A DNA stretch of 64,000 bases. Source: a virus. The number at the start of each line of letters is the position of its first letter. The stretch's first letter is position 1. Positions 57,505 through 64,000 of the stretch are shown here, piece by piece. The notes beneath the pieces are model-generated. The model was not told where the DNA came from and made no database searches. It saw only the letters and a list, made by a program, of their open reading frames with translations. A program made the translations under genes and the position numbers. The stretch lies in IMG/VR virus record IMGVR_UViG_3300043424_000354, positions 44,632 through 108,631 of that record; one strand, 5' to 3'.

Positions 57505-58312
57505 AGAATAGATCCTCTAAGGAAGATTCCACCTTACGATACTTCTTACCTCGATCGTGCAGTTTCAGTTCTGCATGCCCAGTAGTTTCGCGGATATACA
57601 TTGTGCAAAGTTCTGGGAAGGTATCGGCGATAACCTGAATACTGTTGTGAACATATTCCTTAGTACGGAAATCCTGAAGTCCACCTTCTTCCTTATAATA
57701 CCGCGACTTGACTGTATAATTGTCTAGACGAACGAGAACACCATTCTTCACATACTGACGAAGCGAGTATTCATAATCTTCACCGTGGTTAGTGATGCGA
57801 GCAAGGTAATCGTCATGCTCAACAATAACACCAAACATCGAAGCAATGATATAGCAGAGATCGTTGTAAACACGATCCTTCATGAAGTATGCGTTAGCAG
57901 CAGCATAGATCCCGAAAGTCTTAGCGCCTACCTTATCGCACTCGTCGAACCCTTGCTGAATAATCTCCTTTTCGAGATCTTCAACTCGACCCAACTTCTG
58001 TTCGCTAATCTTTACCTGCACTTCTTCAATGTCATCATCGAACATCATCAGACGTGTTCCTTCAGGATACCACTTCTCGATAAAGTTGCGCTGAGCACCA
58101 ATAGTAGGAACACCGCGAATAATCTCAATATCCTTTGCGTAAGGATTATCCTTCAGCGCATTAGCATAACGATCGTACTCACCTTCTTCCTGATCATTAA
58201 CAAAGATCTTAATCTTTGCTGGATCAATGTTATACGATTCAAGAACCTTTAACGTCTTATTCTGAACAGTTTGTTCGCGATGATAAGACGGGATAGCAAT
58301 ACAATAATCCAT
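57503..58312 (-). CDS. TET-associated (GREB1-like, GT-A fold) glycosyltransferase
   Basis: IAIPSYHR, QRNFI, MFDDDI, GEDYEYSL, GGLQ..R; coupled to the TET gene. Confidence 0.8.
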   Translation of the reverse strand: MDYCIAIPSYHREQTVQNKTLKVLESYNIDPAKIKIFVNDQEEGEYDRYANALKDNPYAKDIEIIRGVPTIGAQRNFIEKWYPEGTRLMMFDDDIEEVQVKISEQKLGRVEDLEKEIIQQGFDECDKVGAKTFGIYAAANAYFMKDRVYNDLCYIIASMFGVIVEHDDYLARITNHGEDYEYSLRQYVKNGVLVRLDNYTVKSRYYKEEGGLQDFRTKEYVHNSIQVIADTFPELCTMYIRETTGHAELKLHDRGKKYRKVESSLEDLF

Positions 58313-59688
58313 TAAAACAAATCCTCTAGTGATGAACCCACTTCATATGCCTTGGGGTGATATTTCTCGACTATCTCTCGCCCAAGTTTTTCTTCGAGAT
58401 AATCATACCATTCCTGGTCGTCCCACATTCCAGGCGATACGCCATTCCACAGTGGACGATAGAATTTATGTTCCTTGTTAATCCTGCGATCAACAACATA
58501 CTGTTCTCGTGTTTGCTCGTACTCAAACGAACCAAGTTCTAACATTGCTTCTCGGAAATAACATACGAGCGAGATACGTTCAGCATCTGGTCGAGTCAAC
58601 ACAATCTCAGTGTTACCATGCATAATTTCATGGTTATTGACCAGCAGAAGATCGCCTGGACGCACATTGACAGCAATACGATATTCCGGGAATACTAGAT
58701 AACCGCCAGTATAGTCCCCACTACCAACAACAAGCAGGTTGCTGAGACCATCGTCGAGATCGCCAGCATCGCGATGAGCTGCTGTTCGGAAGGACTTGTT
58801 GACGGTGATTGTAGTGAATACCGTTTCAGGGACCACGAATCGACCATCGATTTTATCCACGGCACTCTTTTGATTAGACCAACGCCAAGGGAGGAGTTCT
58901 TTAAAACCGCGATCGAGAGATTGAAGAAAAGGGAAGGAAAGCTTGAACTTATCAAAATTATCGCGGGTATAAGAAGTAGCACGCCCAAAAGGAATTCGAG
59001 GGTAGCGGTCATACCATCCCGCAACTCCAGAAAAAACCGACTTTGCATAGTTAGTCGTGGAGATCCACTTGTTGGCAACCTTTGTTGCGTCATTTACGAT
59101 TTCCTCTTTGCTCTTACCTTCCAGACTGTCGACCCATGTATCGAACCAACCAAAGTATTCTGGATAAACCTTACAAACCTGACTGCGCAACCAGACTGCA
59201 CCACGTGTTTCATCTGCGTTCGAACGAGGTGCGCCTGCATGCTTAGCACGAATGCTCTCGATTGATACGTCATCGATTAACTTACCGCTGGTATCCATCA
59301 GATAGTCTAGAACTTCTAGTTCGTAGTCAGTTACCCAGTCGCGACCACCGCGACCTTCAACACCAAGCATCTCGCCACGTGGACCTGCTGCCAGACCACG
59401 ATTCTGCGATTCGGTTGCTGCTTCACGCAGACCGATATATGCCTGATCCTGTTCTTCCTTGGTGAACCAGTTCTTACGAAACTTAAATGCGATACGTCGT
59501 TCATCTGCGCCAACGTCGCAGTCGCTACAATCCTTATCGCAACTTACCTTTGTTTCGAGACCACAGTCTGCTTCCATATAGCAATCGGTGTCTTCATTGA
59601 TTACCGTGTCGAAATGACTCTCATCTAGATATTGACCGAGCAGATGCTCGCAATCTAGTTTAGACTCAGCGACAATAACTTTTACCAT
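58312..59688 (-). CDS. TET/JBP-family 2OG-Fe(II) dioxygenase (5-methylpyrimidine dioxygenase)
   Basis: TVFTTITVN..FRTAAHRDAGD (HxD), GG.LVFPEY, HGNT, RISLVCYFRE. Confidence 0.85.
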   Translation of the reverse strand: MVKVIVAESKLDCEHLLGQYLDESHFDTVINEDTDCYMEADCGLETKVSCDKDCSDCDVGADERRIAFKFRKNWFTKEEQDQAYIGLREAATESQNRGLAAGPRGEMLGVEGRGGRDWVTDYELEVLDYLMDTSGKLIDDVSIESIRAKHAGAPRSNADETRGAVWLRSQVCKVYPEYFGWFDTWVDSLEGKSKEEIVNDATKVANKWISTTNYAKSVFSGVAGWYDRYPRIPFGRATSYTRDNFDKFKLSFPFLQSLDRGFKELLPWRWSNQKSAVDKIDGRFVVPETVFTTITVNKSFRTAAHRDAGDLDDGLSNLLVVGSGDYTGGYLVFPEYRIAVNVRPGDLLLVNNHEIMHGNTEIVLTRPDAERISLVCYFREAMLELGSFEYEQTREQYVVDRRINKEHKFYRPLWNGVSPGMWDDQEWYDYLEEKLGREIVEKYHPKAYEVGSSLEDLF

Positions 59689-59728
59689 AATAACTCCTTA
59701 TTAAAACCTACCTAGTATATAGACAGGT

Positions 59729-60280
59729 TTAACGAGACATAAATTCTGCAAGCAAATCTTCTTTGATCAGTTCGTTCATATACAAGATAAGATTCTTGCG
59801 TTCATCGTTGGTGAGTTTCTCAGCAAGAACAGTAGCATTGGTATAGTTACCGTCTGTTCCGCCTGATGCCTCGCGCCACTTAAACGTGTATCCGAATTGC
59901 TTCAGTGTTTCTTGTTGAATCTCTTGTTCTAGTGCTGCGAAAGAATTCTCATCAGTATACAAGCAACGAACATAGCAATTATCAATGTCAAGATTCTTAC
60001 GAATGAACACGCCAACGCCATGAGAGGTGGCAGTCCGAGAGTTCGCAGTCATTCGAATATGATATGTTCGATCGTGGATATTTCCTGACTTACCAGTATA
60101 TCCAATATGCGGACTAACAAGGTCATCTCCGATCAAGTCAATATCTGCTTCTTCTGCGACCTGATAAACACCATACTTACTGAACTGCTCGTCCAATGCC
60201 ATCTGGCGGTTGGGAGTAGAAGGAAGTTCTGAAACCTTACGCCATTCTGACACATGAATAATCTTGCGCGTATCAATCAT
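59729..60280 (-). CDS. GIY-YIG-like nuclease
   Basis: GVYQ...GYTGKS.N...R...E pattern. Confidence 0.5.
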   Translation of the reverse strand: MIDTRKIIHVSEWRKVSELPSTPNRQMALDEQFSKYGVYQVAEEADIDLIGDDLVSPHIGYTGKSGNIHDRTYHIRMTANSRTATSHGVGVFIRKNLDIDNCYVRCLYTDENSFAALEQEIQQETLKQFGYTFKWREASGGTDGNYTNATVLAEKLTNDERKNLILYMNELIKEDLLAEFMSR

Positions 60281-60310
60281 AATTATCACCTTTCATTATA
60301 TAAGAATACT

Positions 60311-60339
60311 ACCATACCCGATTTCTCGAGAAATGTCAA
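60311..60339 (-). promoter_or_regulatory. Sigma70-type early promoter heading the GIY-YIG/TET/glycosyltransferase genes
   Basis: TTGACA-N17-TATGGT. Confidence 0.7.
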
Positions 60340-60869
60340 GTCATTTTCATGACATCGTCAAAAGAAATCGGAGTGTAGTTAATCTGCTCCACGCATACGC
60401 ACAGATATCTTTCGTCTATCTGTTCCTCGCCCATCTTCCAGCGCATGATACGATTACCATGCAGGTGACCATGGACGTTACGCTTGAACCGCTCACCTAC
60501 ACAGTCTGGGTGAAGGGGAATATGAGACAGGATGAACTGATCCACAAACACGCGAACGCCATGGATCTGCTCGAATCCTGCCTCATAATAGTCCTTATCC
60601 CTGAAAATGTCATGGTTTCCACGGATAAGGATCTTCCGCCCATTCAGACGCTTCACTGTTTCCAGATTGCGTCGGGCGATTACTACATCCCCAAGATGAT
60701 ACACTGTATCTTGCGGACGAACTGTCTTGTTCCAGTTGTCTACCATCGCTTCGTCCATCTCCTCAGTGGAAGTGAATGGACGCAGAGGACTACCATCTGC
60801 TAGGGTAAACTTTTCCCATGTGTTGGTGTGACCAAAATGGGTATCACTGATTAGAAATCTATTTGGCAT
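60336..60869 (-). CDS. Calcineurin-like metallophosphoesterase
   Basis: SDTHFGH, HLGD, GNHD, LSH.P, NVHGHLH. Confidence 0.92.
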   Translation of the reverse strand: MPNRFLISDTHFGHTNTWEKFTLADGSPLRPFTSTEEMDEAMVDNWNKTVRPQDTVYHLGDVVIARRNLETVKRLNGRKILIRGNHDIFRDKDYYEAGFEQIHGVRVFVDQFILSHIPLHPDCVGERFKRNVHGHLHGNRIMRWKMGEEQIDERYLCVCVEQINYTPISFDDVMKMT

Positions 60870-61005
60870 TTTGCTTTCCAATGTATATTCGAGTTGCTTC
60901 TACACTGAGGGACAATACGGCAGTTGCATTGATACGACAAGCGATGTTCAAAACAATCCACTTGGCGATGTATGCAGTGATACGTTCTTTACGACTTAAA
61001 TTCAT
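60859..61005 (-). CDS. 48-aa hypothetical protein (absent from the ORF track)
   Basis: MNLSRKERITAYIAKWIVLNIACR...; TAATG coupling. Confidence 0.55.
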   Translation of the reverse strand: MNLSRKERITAYIAKWIVLNIACRINATAVLSLSVEATRIYIGKQNAK

Positions 61006-61172
61006 TACTTCGAAACCCTTGCTTTATACATCGCCTTAATATAAGGAGCATTACATCCATTATCACGGAGACGTTGCTCTGCTTCTTTTGCTGTTGCAGC
61101 ATCTACAAGAACATGATCACGGTCAATTTGATTATAATTGATACGGACTACCCAATATTCAGTTGCCATCAT
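61005..61172 (-). CDS. Small hypothetical protein
   Basis: GGAGG SD; ATGA overlap with the upstream gene. Confidence 0.65.
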   Translation of the reverse strand: MMATEYWVVRINYNQIDRDHVLVDAATAKEAEQRLRDNGCNAPYIKAMYKARVSK

Positions 61173-61645
61173 GCTGCCTCCTGCGCTGCGCACCACTTGT
61201 GATAAAGACCGACTTCGCGACCATATGCCTCGATCTCCCAAGGCGAATCATAGTAGTGGCATTCCTTGCCCTTGGGTTTCCAGAGTTGACCCATCCACCG
61301 ACTGGACATCTTGAGACCGCCACGAGCAGGGACCATTACTCCACTCTGCAGTTCGTTCTTCGCATGCTGCTTGACGTGAACCATTTCGTGCCCAAGCACC
61401 TTAATCATCTCGTCGATATCCTGCGACTTCAATCCGATGGTAAACCAGCGGGGATTACGAACACCGTCCTCATCAACACACTCACCCTCGACATCGAGAC
61501 CCTTACGAACTTCGATATCTACCGTCAGGTTGCGAACCATGCGAGGGTCCATCAGTTGCGCAGCAAAGAACTCCGCTGCCTCGATCAACTTCTGCTTATC
61601 AGCGCGACGACCAACCATGCCTGTTACCGTGATATCCATAATCAA
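61169..61645 (-). CDS. HExxH zinc metallopeptidase-like protein
   Basis: LGHEMVHVKQ, PWEIEAY. Confidence 0.8.
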   Translation of the reverse strand: MIMDITVTGMVGRRADKQKLIEAAEFFAAQLMDPRMVRNLTVDIEVRKGLDVEGECVDEDGVRNPRWFTIGLKSQDIDEMIKVLGHEMVHVKQHAKNELQSGVMVPARGGLKMSSRWMGQLWKPKGKECHYYDSPWEIEAYGREVGLYHKWCAAQEAA

Positions 61646-61677
61646 AACCTTTTTGTTTCACTCAAACTTATAATATC

Positions 61678-61706
61678 ACTATACTCTAAAACGGCAGAAA
61701 TGTCAA
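61678..61706 (-). promoter_or_regulatory. Sigma70-type early promoter
   Basis: TTGACA-N17-TATAGT. Confidence 0.78.
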
Positions 61707-62188
61707 GCCCTCTTTTTCACAAACTTCCATAAAAGATACAGCGCTACTGCACCCAGCAGGTAGGGATAGATATAAGGCAGTGCAAAGATAAACATCACGG
61801 TTGCCGGAAACACCACTACTGCTCCAAAAAACAAGAAAAGCAATCCAACGATAGCGCCGATAAAACTACCACCGCCTGCTGCTATTAGATTCAGATTATT
61901 AGTTCCGGAGGATCTTCGTACTGGTTTGCCGTTGGTAGTATACGAACCAAAGGAACTACTCTTGTTCTGTTTGGTCTTTGTTCGCTTGGTCGAACCATCA
62001 CCATTGGTAATCGTTTCGGTAAGATAAACATCGCCGTTTGACTTTACTGTCTTGGTGATGTGCTGACCCAATGAACTCTGCTTACGCCCAGGAGCATGAT
62101 GCGTATGCGTAACACTACCCGTATTCATATTCCGAGTAGTAGAAGGTGCTCCATTTTTACCCTTCTTGCGCTCAAACATATTACCCAT
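61703..62188 (-). CDS. Membrane protein with basic N-terminus and two C-terminal TM helices
   Basis: Hydrophobic C-terminal stretch; coupled to the upstream gene. Confidence 0.65.
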   Translation of the reverse strand: MGNMFERKKGKNGAPSTTRNMNTGSVTHTHHAPGRKQSSLGQHITKTVKSNGDVYLTETITNGDGSTKRTKTKQNKSSSFGSYTTNGKPVRRSSGTNNLNLIAAGGGSFIGAIVGLLFLFFGAVVVFPATVMFIFALPYIYPYLLGAVALYLLWKFVKKRA

Positions 62189-62967
62189 TACAGCAAACCT
62201 TCCATCTTCTTCATAACACCATCGGCAACATATTCATTCCACTCTCTACCAGGATGCAGTAGATCCCTCCCGTGCGAAAGTAGTTTCAATATTCTCTCAT
62301 CCGTAATCGGTACTTCCTCAGAAGTTACAATAAACTCCTCCACTGGGATCTCGAGTAGCGGAACGCCAATGCCGTTGCACACCGTCTGCACGCCCATCAC
62401 AGACTTCAGTCGATTCATATCCGCGTTAGCAGGGTGCGACAACCAATCCATATAGAACTGCGTCTTTTTGCCATAATGCTCTACCATATTTGGCAGGAAC
62501 ATAACATCATCGTCTGGCACCATAACCTCGAATCGGGAGGCATTGGGAGTGACCATAATCACATACTTCGGTCGTAAACGTGGTATCCAATGATACGCGA
62601 GACGGAAACACATATCAGGTCCACCACCTCCGACTCCAAGATTGTATCGACGCAGTCCAAGGTTCTGCGCTACTCTATATGCCCAACTACTTTCAAGATC
62701 CATGCCAACACCCATAGTGAGCGAACAACCCAGGAATACTACCGAGTCATTCTCTTCGTATGTAAACTCATCAGCGCGAAACCCGTCAGTATTGAATGTA
62801 TAGGAAATACTCTCAGGAGTCCAACCAGACCGCTCCAATCTCTTTCGAGTGATAGTATCTCCCATATTATTGTTAAAACGTTCTTCAGTATCACTAGGAC
62901 ACCATGTCACCGTCTTACCAGCATATCCATTGAGTTTATACCAACTATCTCCGTAACTCTTCATCAT
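62188..62967 (-). CDS. SGNH/GDSL-like protein
   Basis: YTFNTDGFR, FLGCSLT.G.G, NLG..G, GRDLLHPG. Confidence 0.7.
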   Translation of the reverse strand: MMKSYGDSWYKLNGYAGKTVTWCPSDTEERFNNNMGDTITRKRLERSGWTPESISYTFNTDGFRADEFTYEENDSVVFLGCSLTMGVGMDLESSWAYRVAQNLGLRRYNLGVGGGGPDMCFRLAYHWIPRLRPKYVIMVTPNASRFEVMVPDDDVMFLPNMVEHYGKKTQFYMDWLSHPANADMNRLKSVMGVQTVCNGIGVPLLEIPVEEFIVTSEEVPITDERILKLLSHGRDLLHPGREWNEYVADGVMKKMEGLL

Positions 62968-63140
62968 GCTTCCTTAGTATCGGCGAAACCCTTTTTAACC
63001 TCGCGCTTCCGTGCTGCTTGTGCTTTCTTGACTTCCTTATCCTTGATGCCAAGACCTCGGGCCCATTCATACTGATCAAGTAGCACAACTACACCATCAG
63101 GTGTTATGTATTCATAGTAGAAAGGTTTAACCTTTGGCAT
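62964..63140 (-). CDS. Small hypothetical protein
   Basis: GGAGG SD; MPKVKPFYYEY. Confidence 0.6.
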   Translation of the reverse strand: MPKVKPFYYEYITPDGVVVLLDQYEWARGLGIKDKEVKKAQAARKREVKKGFADTKEA

Positions 63141-63345
63141 CGATGTAGTCCTCCACCATCTGAAAGAAACGGTCGTGCTCATGCATCATCATGTGCAGTA
63201 GTTCGCTCTCTAGTATATCAGCATCCACTGTAGCACCATATGCCTGAATATACCACCTCATCACATCAACTATAGTGTCCATACCAAAGTATGCAATGAC
63301 TGGGTGTGTATTAAAGATAGGGAGCATTTCGGGTTTATAAAGCAT
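63127..63345 (-). CDS. Small hypothetical protein
   Basis: GAGG SD; coupled. Confidence 0.6.
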   Translation of the reverse strand: MLYKPEMLPIFNTHPVIAYFGMDTIVDVMRWYIQAYGATVDADILESELLHMMMHEHDRFFQMVEDYIDAKG

Positions 63346-63556
63346 GTCGCACCTCATTGTATTCTATGGGAAGAGTCAAACGCTCATGCGTTGCTTCCAT
63401 AGTGATGTAATCAATATGATCTTCTAATAGTGTATATAGATCTTTATGTTCGTTTACCAGTGAGTCAAGAAACTCACCAACAGACATTTCCATAATACTA
63501 TCATACTCTTCTAAGAATATGTCCATTTCTAGAGTTTCCACCACATTAAGCAGCAT
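63335..63556 (-). CDS. Small acidic hypothetical protein
   Basis: AAGGTG SD before ATG 63556. Confidence 0.55.
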   Translation of the reverse strand: MLLNVVETLEMDIFLEEYDSIMEMSVGEFLDSLVNEHKDLYTLLEDHIDYITMEATHERLTLPIEYNEVRHAL

Positions 63557-63756
63557 TACTGTCGCACCTTTCAGAGTCGTTTTTTGGCCTGCGTAATTTT
63601 TTGTCTTGGGATATTTGAAGTTTTTTGGCAGTGTGTCGGTGAATGGGTAGGTCACTAAACCCCTTTCATGGAGAGGGGACCCGAATATCAAAACCATAGC
63701 TCAAATCCACAAGGTCTTAACTACTCGAGTTCCCGCTACACATGTTCCTTCGTCAC

Positions 63757-63999
63757 TCAGATCCCGCGAGATCCCCGCAACTCACGAGGGACACGAAGAA
63801 GGCGACCGACATCCTCATCCAGGAAGTCACCAGTGGCACTCCAGACACGGAACGCGACACACTCAGTCATAGCGACACCACACGCATCTACACGTGGGCA
63901 ACCCTCACATGGCACATCGCGAACGTTCTCAGGGATAGGGAGAAGAATCTTCGAGTGCTGGCACGGATCCATGTTATAATACTGATCAAATCCAATCAT
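63757..63999 (-). CDS. Small Cys-rich hypothetical protein (start may lie outside the window)
   Basis: PCEGCP...C......C.AF..W. Confidence 0.55.
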   Translation of the reverse strand: MIGFDQYYNMDPCQHSKILLPIPENVRDVPCEGCPRVDACGVAMTECVAFRVWSATGDFLDEDVGRLLRVPRELRGSRGI

Positions 64000-64000
64000 A

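Noticed and set aside
3212-63979. Many antisense or alternate-frame ORFs in the track (e.g. 3212..3751, 39864..40478, 60264..60803, 61163..61732)
   Set aside because: They are shadows of well-supported genes, with no SD, motifs or operon logic.
1-64000. Introns, inteins, IS elements, integrase, and restriction-site avoidance
   Set aside because: None of these elements was recognisable, and core genes are uninterrupted. GGCC and AGCT look scarce by eye, but that needs a k-mer count I cannot run.

Overview
A 64-kb segment of a large lytic T4-like myovirus. The host is very probably an alphaproteobacterium, because the phage carries a circularly permuted two-piece tmRNA. Layout: (1-24.7 kb, minus strand) two paralogous fibre-like proteins with huge [YF]xGx repeat inserts, a DUF4815/VrlC-like protein, baseplate gp8/gp7/gp6/gp25, a gp5 split into two genes with GH19 and M15 lytic domains, a hub protein, gp53 and gp48. 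(24.8-29.8 kb, plus strand) gp4, gp2, gp54/19-like, gp26, gp51 and a tape-measure-like gene, with a candidate -1 frameshift joining gp26 to gp51. (29.8-35.6 kb) gp32, gp59, gp33, SleB hydrolase, tmRNA, exonuclease, PhoH and a DenV-like glycosylase. (35.6-46.3 kb) a tightly coupled operon of six radical-SAM/SPASM enzymes, a carbamoyltransferase, an SGNH protein and a methyltransferase. (46.8-48 kb) an island of early promoters and small genes. (48-55.2 kb) a late-promoter operon of two small membrane proteins, CsgF, CsgG, two curlin-repeat proteins, a FecR protein and a CHASE2 adenylate cyclase. (55.2-60.3 kb) a TET/JBP dioxygenase, glycosyltransferase, nuclease and DUF4338 cluster for DNA modification. 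Small accessory genes fill the rest. Best candidates for an undescribed system: the curli-secretion/cAMP-signalling operon, the six-rSAM tailoring operon (possibly acting on the Tyr/Gly/Asn repeat fibres), and leaderless Pro-rich micro-ORFs coupled to terminator hairpins. All protein calls come from motif recognition and synteny by eye; no searches were run.
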